64,000 nt of DNA from the NCBI GenBank assembly GCA_021794355.1, contig JAJYRA010000079.1:14065-78064 (forward strand). Direction: 5' to 3'. The notes beneath the pieces are model-generated. The model worked only from the letters and a program-made list of their open reading frames with translations. It ran no database searches and was not told the DNA's origin. Positions 49,459 to 58,499 of this stretch are shown piece by piece. This DNA is from Thermoplasmata archaeon (GTDB lineage Archaea; Thermoplasmatota; Thermoplasmata; Thermoplasmatales; Thermoplasmataceae). Position 1 is the first letter of the stretch, and every line of letters starts with the position of its first letter. The translations under genes were made by a program, and so were the position numbers.

Positions 49459-50007
49459 ATGGAACCATATTCCTACGAGATAAGGACAGCGATTCCCTCA
49501 GACGCTTCCGGGATCATAGAGTGCATGCAGAGTGTTATGAGTGAGAAAATATATCTCGTGAGCGAAGTTTACCTTTACACCGAAAGGGGACAGAAAGAAA
49601 TATTGAGAAACCCGGATGATCTCAATCTTGTTACTGTTTTTAGAAGGGAAGTGGTGGGAACCATGAATATCCAGAGGGGTATTTACAAAAAAAATAGGCA
49701 CACTGCCAACCTTGGAATTGCCATTAAAAAAGAACACAGGGGAAAGGGATTTGGAAGTGAAATGATAAATCGAGGAATAAGATGGTGCAGGGAGGAGGGT
49801 ATAGTAAAATTAAACCTGGAAGTGTTTTCCTCCAATGAAGATGCCATAAGGCTCTACGAGAAATTAGGATTCAAGATTGAGGGCTCAAGGAAAGGTCAGT
49901 TCCTTGTGGATGAAAAATATGTGGATGATGTTATGATGACCGTCTATCCAATGGAACATCTTGATGATGTGGGCAAAACTAATTTAAGCCATGGAATGGA
50001 TCACTGA
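49459..50007 (+). CDS. GNAT N-acetyltransferase (RimJ/RimL-like)
   Basis: NLGIAI..EHRGKGFGSEMI, LEVFSSNEDAIRLYEKLGF..EG. Confidence 0.9.
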   Translation: MEPYSYEIRTAIPSDASGIIECMQSVMSEKIYLVSEVYLYTERGQKEILRNPDDLNLVTVFRREVVGTMNIQRGIYKKNRHTANLGIAIKKEHRGKGFGSEMINRGIRWCREEGIVKLNLEVFSSNEDAIRLYEKLGFKIEGSRKGQFLVDEKYVDDVMMTVYPMEHLDDVGKTNLSHGMDH

Positions 50008-50012
50008 TCACC

Positions 50013-50981
50013 ATGAGGTCGTTCGGAAAATTGGATCTTCTCTATATGGTCTTTTTTGCAGACATGACCATACTGATGGTTTATGGCATGTCCCTTCTTG
50101 TAACTAACACGTTCCATAATGGTGGTATTATCACTACAAATCAGCTCCTGAAGGATATGGTTGTTTATTTTTATTATCCGCCCGGAGGGATTCTGTTTCT
50201 TTCCCTTCCACTGCCATTCTTTCTTGGTGCAGGAATCCTTTTTGCCATTTACATCTACATTTTTTATTACAATTACAGAACAACAGAAAGAAACAGGGAA
50301 GAAACACCTCTGGAAACACCCATAGGATACATAGTGGGGGTTGGCTCACTCATATTCTTTGTTTCCCTCATCCTTATTCTTCTTCAAGAAGCACTGGGTG
50401 TTCCAATCACTGCCAAGGGACTGGCAGCCATTGAGCGCACTGAACCGGTGTTCTTTTATTACCAGCTCATCTATGCGCCCTTTGTTGAAGAACTGGAATT
50501 CAGGATCCTGCCCATAGGAGTATATCTTCTCGTGAGGTATTATGTTCAGAAAAAAGATTTCAAAGTGTGGCAGGTCTTTTTGACCCCGGGCAAGCTGATG
50601 AAAAGATTCGGAAGGAAACTAGACAGATATGACTGGGTGATGATATTTTCTACCAGCATACTGTTTGGATACGCCCACTACGCCTATGGGGACTGGAGCC
50701 TTTCCAAGATACCCCAGGCAGCCCTAGGAGGATTTGCCTTTGCCATAGGTTTCATGTTATTTGGGCCCTTCGTGGATATACCCATGCACTTCCTCTTTGA
50801 TGGAACCTTTACGGTGGACATTATGCCTGGAGGTGGATTAGCCCTTGCTCCCATTATCATAGGATTAGTCCTGGTGTTTATCTGTGCAGTGGTAACCATA
50901 ATACTGATGCTGATCAGGTATGCAAAAAAACAGGATGCGGGAAAAACCCTGCCTCCAGAGATTACTCAAAATCAGGCTTGA
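50013..50981 (+). CDS. CPBP (CAAX/Abi) intramembrane glutamic protease
   Basis: APFVEELEFR, FGYAH, HFLFD motifs in a multi-TM protein. Confidence 0.88.
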   Translation: MRSFGKLDLLYMVFFADMTILMVYGMSLLVTNTFHNGGIITTNQLLKDMVVYFYYPPGGILFLSLPLPFFLGAGILFAIYIYIFYYNYRTTERNREETPLETPIGYIVGVGSLIFFVSLILILLQEALGVPITAKGLAAIERTEPVFFYYQLIYAPFVEELEFRILPIGVYLLVRYYVQKKDFKVWQVFLTPGKLMKRFGRKLDRYDWVMIFSTSILFGYAHYAYGDWSLSKIPQAALGGFAFAIGFMLFGPFVDIPMHFLFDGTFTVDIMPGGGLALAPIIIGLVLVFICAVVTIILMLIRYAKKQDAGKTLPPEITQNQA

Positions 50982-51555
50982 CCCTTCCCTTCTCAATGAT
51001 GAAGCCTTTCTCTGCAAGAGAATCTATGACAAGGGGAAAATATCTAAGTTCCAGTGAATGAACCCTTTCCTGCAGGGATTCCGGAGTATCCTGAGCCGTT
51101 ACGGGTACAACCTGCTGGAATATAATTGGTCCGTTATCTATGTCTTTCCTTACAATGTGGACCGTGAATCCTGAATACTGTACGCCTGATTCTATTACTT
51201 CCCTGTGGACTCTCATTCCGTAAAAACCCTTTCCACCAAAGGATGGTAGGAGAGATGGGTGTATGTTTATGATCCTGTCTGGAAAACTATCAAGAAGAGA
51301 TGGCTCAAGAATTTTTAAAAACCCTGCAAGGACTATGAGTTCCGGATGTAACTCCTTCAACTTCATGACTGCATTTTTATAATCTACGATCATGATGTTA
51401 TTCTGTTTCGCTATTACGGATGCTCCACATTCCCTTTTGTCCGTAACCAGGCAGCATACAGTATAGGAGCAGTTCTCCTCTCTGGAATGATTCAGAATTG
51501 CTTCAAATGTTGTTCCGGATCCGGAGGCAAATATGGCAAAAGACATTGTTCCCAT
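50962..51555 (-). CDS. purN: Phosphoribosylglycinamide formyltransferase
   Basis: FASGSGTTF, LAGFLKIL, INIHPSLLP, SGFTVH..D.GPII. Confidence 0.92.
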   Translation of the reverse strand: MGTMSFAIFASGSGTTFEAILNHSREENCSYTVCCLVTDKRECGASVIAKQNNIMIVDYKNAVMKLKELHPELIVLAGFLKILEPSLLDSFPDRIINIHPSLLPSFGGKGFYGMRVHREVIESGVQYSGFTVHIVRKDIDNGPIIFQQVVPVTAQDTPESLQERVHSLELRYFPLVIDSLAEKGFIIEKGRVKPDFE

Positions 51556-51691
51556 ATTTCTGCAGTCAAAACATAGATAAAAGGATTCACAACCTATTAT
51601 TTTTAAATTTTGGCAGTATAATTTACAGAATTTTCCACGAATTTGCTAAAAATGTGTTAAAATATGGTAACCATTCGTTCATTTTATATGC

Positions 51692-52666
51692 ATGGTAAGT
51701 GATAAGGATTTCATGGAAATCTGGATCGAAAAGCACAGACCAGAGAAAGTCAGCGATGTGGCTGGACAGAAAGAAGCGGTAAAAATGCTTGAGGGATTCG
51801 TAAAGTCAGGAGAAATGCCGCATCTTATATTTGCAGGTCCTCCTGGGGTGGGTAAGACCACTATGGCCCTCTGCCTGGCAAGGGAAATGCTTGGTGAAAA
51901 CTGGAAAGATCACTTACTGGAACTGAACGCCTCCAATGAGAGAGGAATTGATGTTATAAAGAATGACGTGAAGGAATTTGCAAGGAACGGCTCCATTACG
52001 GAAGGAAAATTCAAGATCATATTCTTTGATGAATCTGACCAGCTTACACCCGAGGCACAGGCTGCACTCAGGAGGACCATGGAAATTTATTACAAGAATG
52101 TAAGATTCATTTTCTCCTGTAACTATAGTTCAGGGATCATACCACCCATTCAATCCAGATGTGTCATAACAAGATTCAAGAAAATAAGCATGGAAGATAT
52201 GGTGGAGGCACTGGATAAGATCGCCGTGGAGGAAAAAATGAAAGTTGACCGAAACGTTCTTGAGGCCATATTCGAAAATTCCGACGGGGATCTGAGGAAG
52301 GCGGTGAATATATTGCAATCCATAAGCTTCATTGAAAACCCAACGGTAAAGGATGTGTATGATGTCTCAGGTTCCATTGATGAAAAGGAAGTTGTGCCCC
52401 TCCTGAGCAATATGAGACACGGAAATTTTGAGGAGGCTTCCAGAATTTCAACAAATCTCATTGTGGAAAATGGATTTTCTGCCATCGATATTATTAAGGC
52501 ATTGCACAGGCTTATTACAAGGGAGCAGACTTCGCCCATAATGAAGAGGGAGAGCTTTATAGCACTTGCAGATACGGAATTCAGGCTGGCCCAGGGTGGA
52601 TCAGACCATATTCAACTTGATTTTCTTGTTGCCAGAATGTGCAAACTTTCCACGGATAATCTATGA
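51692..52666 (+). CDS. rfcS: Replication factor C small subunit
   Basis: [45 protein letters not shown]; no intein. Confidence 0.95.
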   Translation: MVSDKDFMEIWIEKHRPEKVSDVAGQKEAVKMLEGFVKSGEMPHLIFAGPPGVGKTTMALCLAREMLGENWKDHLLELNASNERGIDVIKNDVKEFARNGSITEGKFKIIFFDESDQLTPEAQAALRRTMEIYYKNVRFIFSCNYSSGIIPPIQSRCVITRFKKISMEDMVEALDKIAVEEKMKVDRNVLEAIFENSDGDLRKAVNILQSISFIENPTVKDVYDVSGSIDEKEVVPLLSNMRHGNFEEASRISTNLIVENGFSAIDIIKALHRLITREQTSPIMKRESFIALADTEFRLAQGGSDHIQLDFLVARMCKLSTDNL

Positions 52667-52738
52667 AACTGCTTTTAACAATCAAACCATAATGTTCCAG
52701 AAGGTTTCATGGATTTGGTTTCAGCATAATGAAAAAAG

Positions 52739-54280
52739 TCAATATTCATCTATTTTCTTATTTCTCTTTTTTTCCATGTCTCCTTTCATCCTAGTTATCA
52801 TGGCCTTTTCCTTCCTCTGGCTGGAATAGTAGTATGCCTGATCCCTCGTTCCATAAAATATTAGGATATACACCTTTCCAACCTTGAACCGTCCTGTTCG
52901 TCCCCTCCTCTGTATGGTTCTTATTTCTGATGGGACCGGTTCATAAAAAATTACCATATCTGTTGCAGGTATGTCCAGTCCCTCTTCAGCCACGCTTGTA
53001 GCAAGCATGAGATTATAGGTCCCATCCTTGAATTTTTCTATACCTTCCCTCTGGTTCTGCTGGGACATGCCCTTATCTCCTTCCCTGTTTCCCTGCCCCA
53101 CAAATCTTATGGCTTTGATGATTTTTGATTTATTTTCCAGGTATTTCAAAAGTATTTCTGACGTTTTCCTGTAATGAGTGAAAACAAGGCATCTGGATTC
53201 GGGATGTTCCCGGATGAGGAGTTCAGCCATCTCCTTAACCTTGAGAAATTTTGGGTTTTCATAGCCTTCCCATGAGGAGTTCAGCATTTTTGCAGCCATT
53301 TGAAAATTGAAGTTCTTGTTCCATAGGGCTAGGGTTCTCATGAGAGATCTGTCATCCGTGTTTTCAATTTCTTTAAGGTAATTAGCCCCAATTTCTATAC
53401 CCTGTGTCTCAATATACTCCATCAGAACATCGAGCCTGATCACGGCGGTAAAATATGGAATTGAGGTGAAAAGAGACTTGTCTCCATCCATTGCCTGTTT
53501 TGAAAGATCCCTTATATACTGGCTCATTTCAGATCTCGTGGCACTGCTTTTCACGTAGTTAAATCGTTGCTGGATCTGATTCATGAATTCCTTTTTTGCC
53601 TCCCTCAGCAGGGAAATACATTTTTCCTGTTCCGGACTTATTTTTATGAACACAGGTTCAGTGTCTGAACCCTTTACGTATGGTGCTATGTCAGGATCGT
53701 CATCAGTCCTGATCATTACACTTGAAATTTTTAGATTTTCCTTGATTTCATCAACCCTTTCATTTTTTGCACCGGGACTGGCTGTCATGGCAAGAATTCT
53801 TCTATCAGGGAGATCGTTGAAAACCTTTGCCACACTTACATATGCATAATTTCCAGTGGCTCTATGAGCTTCATCAACAATAAGAAGATAAAATTTGTTC
53901 ATATAAACAATTTCCCGTTCAATATCTTTCTGTACTGTTTGGGGAGTTGAAATAACGAATTGGGATGTGGCCCACTCCGTCATTCTTTTGTCCACGGGAT
54001 CGTGACCGGTAAGACTGGTTATCGTTATATCCTGATCTTCGAAAAGTTTTGTCATGGTCTGATAGTGTTGGTCCACAAGGGGTCGGGTAGGCGAGATCAT
54101 GATGACTTTTCTGTCTTTCTTAAGGAAAGTGTAGGCCAGCATAGCAGAAACCAAAGTTTTTCCCAATCCTGTGGGTAAAACTAACAGGAGGTTAGAATTT
54201 AGGGCTTTTCTGTAGGCTTCGATCTGGTACGGCCTCGGCTTAAGATTGTTAAACTCTGGTATATCCTCTTCCATTGGCAT
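52739..54280 (-). CDS. hef: Hef/FANCM-type SF2 helicase without a nuclease domain
   Basis: PRPYQ, LPTGLGKT, VDEAH, MTASP, ATSVAEEGLDIP, QRRGRTGR; protein ends after the helicase domain. Confidence 0.88.
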   Translation of the reverse strand: MPMEEDIPEFNNLKPRPYQIEAYRKALNSNLLLVLPTGLGKTLVSAMLAYTFLKKDRKVIMISPTRPLVDQHYQTMTKLFEDQDITITSLTGHDPVDKRMTEWATSQFVISTPQTVQKDIEREIVYMNKFYLLIVDEAHRATGNYAYVSVAKVFNDLPDRRILAMTASPGAKNERVDEIKENLKISSVMIRTDDDPDIAPYVKGSDTEPVFIKISPEQEKCISLLREAKKEFMNQIQQRFNYVKSSATRSEMSQYIRDLSKQAMDGDKSLFTSIPYFTAVIRLDVLMEYIETQGIEIGANYLKEIENTDDRSLMRTLALWNKNFNFQMAAKMLNSSWEGYENPKFLKVKEMAELLIREHPESRCLVFTHYRKTSEILLKYLENKSKIIKAIRFVGQGNREGDKGMSQQNQREGIEKFKDGTYNLMLATSVAEEGLDIPATDMVIFYEPVPSEIRTIQRRGRTGRFKVGKVYILIFYGTRDQAYYYSSQRKEKAMITRMKGDMEKKRNKKIDEY

Positions 54281-54657
54281 GGAGATTTATAAAGGAATAA
54301 ATAGGCTTTGCCATTTTATTTGTAAGTTATGCCACTTGAAACGTCCATACCAAAAAAAATAGGTTCTTCCTTATACTTTAGGACAAAGTAAGGAAACTTT
54401 TTCAATCAATTCCTATGAATCTATATTAACATTTCGTGAGGTTTTTGGATTCAGTGATTTTATAGTTCCCTAAGGAATAAAGTTTGATCATCAGGGAAAA
54501 GGATCTGTGACCTTGAGGGTTCAATTTAACCATCATAAGGATATAAAGTTTCATTTTTATTGAATTGCGAATGAACCAGAAAATGGTCAATTTTAAATTA
54601 AGATAAGCTTTCCATTATACTATAAGATATATTTACCTTGTATTGATGCTGGAACAA

Positions 54658-54729
54658 GGGCCGGTAGATCAGCGGTAGATCGCTTGCTTCGCAAGCAAGA
54701 GGCCTCGGGTTCAAATCCCGACCGGTCCA
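54658..54729 (+). tRNA. tRNA-Ala(CGC)
   Basis: Cloverleaf: acceptor GGGCCGG/CCGGTCC with G3:U70; D arm GATC/GATC; anticodon stem CTTGC/GCAAG with loop TT-CGC-AA; T arm TCGGG-TTCAAAT-CCCGA; discriminator A; no intron, CCA not encoded. Confidence 0.97.
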
Positions 54730-54732
54730 TAT
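54711..54732 (+). repeat. att direct repeat, copy 1 (tRNA-Ala 3' end)
   Basis: TCAAATCCCGACCGGTCCATAT, identical to 57916-57937. Confidence 0.9.
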
Positions 54733-55083
54733 GTAAATGGGTTCGTATCGATTTTTTAACACACTTCAACCACAATTCATGATGCGAACCTCAGGAAAAG
54801 CCACGTAATGGCAGACGGGCCACCAGAAATAAAGAAGTTGATGGTCGAAAAACGTCTCAAAAAAACAGAGGAGGGGCTGAATAGACCGGTGAAAAGACGG
54901 GGTTAGCTTCATAACACTAATCTGTTACCACCGGACCTATGGTGATTATATGCTGTTGGGACTATAATTATTTTTGTTAGAAGATTTTCCTGAAAACACT
55001 GGATATTTTAACATTCATGGCGTATGTAGTAATTTACTTATACGCATAATAGTGTCAAAAAAAGCACATTCCAGCCGGTAAAC

Positions 55084-57048
55084 ATGAAAACATTTTTTAT
55101 TTATCTAACAGCATATAAGCGACATAGCACCGGACCAAGAATTAATAAGAAAGCCATGGTTACCAATCATATGAGTTCGCTTCACCTATCTGATGAAGAG
55201 AAGGCAAAAGAAAGCGATGTGACGACCAAGGTATTAGTAGAGAACACTTCGCAAGGAATCTACAAGCATCTTGAAGAAATTGAAAACAAACGAGACACTT
55301 ACTCCCACAGTATGGGCATACCATGCGAAGATGTTGACAATGATCTGCAACAATGCCAATATTATGGTTTCGTTGGAATATCTTGTTCAATCACTTTGAG
55401 CAGCGAGTTTGAAAGAAATAAATTCACTTGGCGGCATATAAACATTAAGGAATTAAGTGAAAAAATAATAAGTTTAAGAAGCCAGACCAAAGGAAACATT
55501 AAGAGCGCACTCATAACACCACCTCCTTCTGAGGCGAGAATATTCCTAGAAGAAATGCGAAGCAGTTATCAAATACCTTATGAATATACAAAAATACTGG
55601 ACTTCTCAGTCAATGGGGAATTGAACAATTGGCCAAATCCACAGACCGAGCCTTGGACGAAGAGAAGATTGAGGATTAACAAAAATGCTAACGACAATAG
55701 TTTGATTTTCAACGCCTTCTTTGTTGATGAAAATCTTGAATCAAATTTTTTAAGGCTTAGCAACCTCTATTTAGTGACTTATGACATTATGCTCTTGATC
55801 TCATTGCGGCAATGGGAGCTCTTTCTTGATTCTTATATGTTTCGAATGTATGATGTTTTTTTGCCGCCTGCCAAAATTATTCTATCCACTGATGATCCAA
55901 AGAAGGATAAGATAAATCAAGGTAAGTTTATTGGTATACCTTATGTGTCAATCAGAAAAAAACCAAATTTAGAAAAGGAAGCTTTCAGTGGGACTCTGTG
56001 CCTTTCTTTAATTTTAATTTCTACTGACGAATCCTATGAGAATAAGCGAGCTATGGATTTTCAGGAATTACACAAACTGACCATTGACGATACAAAAATA
56101 AAGTTGGAAGGAGATTCTCCTCTAATTCAATTTATAAACGCACGACTCAGTAACCCAATTTTTGCTAAATTAAACGAGAAAAGTGAGTTGATAAGAAGAG
56201 AGATCTCACAGGAAATACCACTTCGACATTTATTCAAGATTCTATCTTTCCTTATATATACTATCAATGAAGAACATTTTGATGAGAATGTATGGTCCAC
56301 AATCTCTAACAGGATGTATGATTCTTTTCAATACCTTAAAGTTGTGGATGTTGAATGCAACGGATTTGGCGATAGGCTCCTACAAGATGTCAGAGACTTT
56401 TATAAGAAATCTTTAGAAAGCGATCAGCTGAGGAGGTTATTAAATGTCTTGGTGGCTCCTCAACATCAACTTAATTATAATCTTCAATTGGATACCGTTA
56501 ACTTCCCTTCTCTCGTAATTAATGACCCATCTCATTTAGATGTCACAGTGAAAGCGTTTTACAATCCATTCGAGAATCTTGATGCCACTTTTATGTTTAG
56601 ATCAGATGAAAAATTCCCTATGAATTCTATAAAATGGGCCTTATCTTGGCATATGAAACTGATACAGTCCCTTTCTGCCTTGACGTCGTTAAAGAATAAT
56701 TATTATTATGAACTGGAGCACAGTAAACCTTTATCAGAAACATTGTCAGAAATAGAAAATAAAATGTTAAGAGATCTTGATGACTTTTACGATCTAGAAA
56801 TCAGAGAATGGGCGTATTCCTACAGAATGGAATTTGAAAAGGCAAAACAATTACTTGGGATAAATCTCGATTTTCAAAATCTCAAGGAAAAAACAACCAC
56901 GTTGCGAACAATTGTTCAATCGCACACACAAACTAAATTAATAGAAGAGGGCGCCAGAATCAATAAAAGAATCTCCAGACTCACAATGGCAGTGGGCATT
57001 CTAACAGCCACCCTCATTGCGTTAGAGATATATCACGTCTTCTTTTGA
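55084..57048 (+). CDS. Hypothetical 654-aa protein with a CorA-like coiled-coil and TM C-terminus
   Basis: Long open frame; the tail ...INKRISRLTMAVGILTATLIALEIYHVFF is amphipathic helices plus one TM; no GMN motif. Fold call is tentative. Confidence 0.65.
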   Translation: MKTFFIYLTAYKRHSTGPRINKKAMVTNHMSSLHLSDEEKAKESDVTTKVLVENTSQGIYKHLEEIENKRDTYSHSMGIPCEDVDNDLQQCQYYGFVGISCSITLSSEFERNKFTWRHINIKELSEKIISLRSQTKGNIKSALITPPPSEARIFLEEMRSSYQIPYEYTKILDFSVNGELNNWPNPQTEPWTKRRLRINKNANDNSLIFNAFFVDENLESNFLRLSNLYLVTYDIMLLISLRQWELFLDSYMFRMYDVFLPPAKIILSTDDPKKDKINQGKFIGIPYVSIRKKPNLEKEAFSGTLCLSLILISTDESYENKRAMDFQELHKLTIDDTKIKLEGDSPLIQFINARLSNPIFAKLNEKSELIRREISQEIPLRHLFKILSFLIYTINEEHFDENVWSTISNRMYDSFQYLKVVDVECNGFGDRLLQDVRDFYKKSLESDQLRRLLNVLVAPQHQLNYNLQLDTVNFPSLVINDPSHLDVTVKAFYNPFENLDATFMFRSDEKFPMNSIKWALSWHMKLIQSLSALTSLKNNYYYELEHSKPLSETLSEIENKMLRDLDDFYDLEIREWAYSYRMEFEKAKQLLGINLDFQNLKEKTTTLRTIVQSHTQTKLIEEGARINKRISRLTMAVGILTATLIALEIYHVFF

Positions 57049-57301
57049 AACCCGATCTATTTTCTACGGATCCGCTTGTCCACCTGCTCCCCCCATCATT
57101 TCATCACCTCCTTCATATTTCTCTGGAAACATCGTTAAATGTTTCCTTTAACGCTACAGCCTTACGGAGTTCTTCTTTCTTATGGCTACCTTTCTTACTC
57201 CTCCTCTAACCAGCTCGTTGCAAATTAGAGAAAGAGAGATAGATAGATAGGTAGATCAAAGTTATATAAAAACTCTATCAGGTAAGTTTATATATTAGAT
57301 T

Positions 57302-57970
57302 TTAAGAAGCAATCCCTGATACTCTTAGAAGGAAAAAACTTGGTGCCTTGCCCTCTTTGACAAATTTTCCAAGAACACCGTCATAGACGATCACAACATC
57401 CTGAAGCAGCAAATTTGCACCTTTAGGTATTTGTAATGGTACCTGTAACCTATAAGGTGTTGCTGTGCTGAGCATCTTGTTTGAGAAACTTACGTTGTGG
57501 AAATAAAGTTTAGACCCGTCTGGGATATCAAAGAAAGGTCTAACATTGCCGTAATACAAAACTGCGCCATTTCCAAATGTATTAATCAGCTTATTTTCCT
57601 GAGCCAATTTCTGTGCTTCTTTCTCCTTTCTTTCGTTGAACTTTTTCCTTACAAATTCGTAAAGCTTAGACAAGCTCCCGGAAATTACTGCTGTTTTATA
57701 AGCCAGATTAATTATCTCTTTTATCTCATTGATGAATGCATTATTAACGTCTTGGCGATCAACTGAAAATCTATAGTCATAATCGTTTAGATAGCTCTCT
57801 ACACAGAATTTAACATCAGATGATTCTGAATCCAACAGAGCCATAACTAAGTTATAATGCGTCTTGATAAAAGGTTTACTGAATCTAAGTTCATAGTATT
57901 CGCTTAAAACATTAATCAAATCCCGACCGGTCCATATACATAGGTTCATACTCAACCCATACATCAACAC
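57302..57970 (-). CDS. Hypothetical protein whose 5' end spans the att copy
   Basis: 222-aa frame; WTGRDL is encoded by the antisense strand of the att repeat. True start uncertain. Confidence 0.5.
   Translation of the reverse strand: MLMYGLSMNLCIWTGRDLINVLSEYYELRFSKPFIKTHYNLVMALLDSESSDVKFCVESYLNDYDYRFSVDRQDVNNAFINEIKEIINLAYKTAVISGSLSKLYEFVRKKFNERKEKEAQKLAQENKLINTFGNGAVLYYGNVRPFFDIPDGSKLYFHNVSFSNKMLSTATPYRLQVPLQIPKGANLLLQDVVIVYDGVLGKFVKEGKAPSFFLLRVSGIAS
57916..57937 (+). repeat. att direct repeat, copy 2
   Basis: TCAAATCCCGACCGGTCCATAT, identical to 54711-54732. Confidence 0.9.
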
Positions 57971-57979
57971 GGCTCAGAA

Positions 57980-58335
57980 CTTGAGTTTCGCAAAAATTAC
58001 AGGAACAAAATTCATGCTGAAGCAGACAGACCAGTGATTTATGTCTATTCTTAATCTGATTTTGGTAGTGCACCAACCAGTATTGTATCCGCTTGCTTTA
58101 TTCCCATCTCATTGAGTATTCTTTCCGCTTCCACTGATTCAGAATTATATATTATATTCAAGGGTGATTTAACGGGAATTGCCTTTATCCCACCAGATAT
58201 CTCTGCCGTTCGTTCTACTGTAAGATGGGATTCTGTCAGCCTCTTTTCCATGAGTCTTGAAGGTGCATGACCAAAATTCAACAAGAAAGAGCCTATTGTA
58301 CTACTTTAGGTCAAAAAACGCTTGCGAAACTCAAG
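57980..58335 (-). mobile_element. 356-bp internally deleted IS / MITE-like element, possibly IS1634-derived
   Basis: Perfect 14-bp TIRs CTTGAGTTTCGCAA (57980-57993) and TTGCGAAACTCAAG (58322-58335); 6-bp direct repeat TCAGAA at 57974-57979 and 58336-58341. Confidence 0.8.
58051..58284 (-). pseudogene. Probable transposase C-terminal fragment
   Basis: SRLMEKRL...LTVER..EI..GIKAIPV...AERILNEMGI lies inside the TIRs and resembles IS1634-type C-termini as I recall them. Confidence 0.5.
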
Positions 58336-58499
58336 TCAGAAAGATAGTTTTCAACAGAGTTCCTTTAAATCAGAGTGCGAGGACATGGCTATTGACCTTA
58401 AAGATTGATCTCGATGGCTTTGCGGTTCATCAACTCGGCTCATAGGCAGGTTTGCAATAGGGTGCTAGGAGGGCTATGGCATTCCGGACCAAAGATCCA

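Larger units (their letters stand above)
54711..57937. mobile_element. 3.2-kb cassette integrated at tRNA-Ala, no recognisable integrase
   Basis: Flanked by 22-bp direct repeats of the tRNA 3' end; CGN arginine codons are more frequent than in the core genes. Confidence 0.75.

Noticed and set aside
47291-52666. Inteins in RtcB or RFC small subunit
   Set aside because: Both proteins are of normal length with contiguous motifs.
54808-54906. 32-aa basic ORF (MADGPPEIKK...) at the cassette start
   Set aside because: Too short, with no clear ribosome binding site or motif; cannot be supported.
57302-57915. ORF as a catalytically intact tyrosine integrase (intC)
   Set aside because: The position fits, but no R-K-H-R-H/W-Y catalytic pattern is visible.
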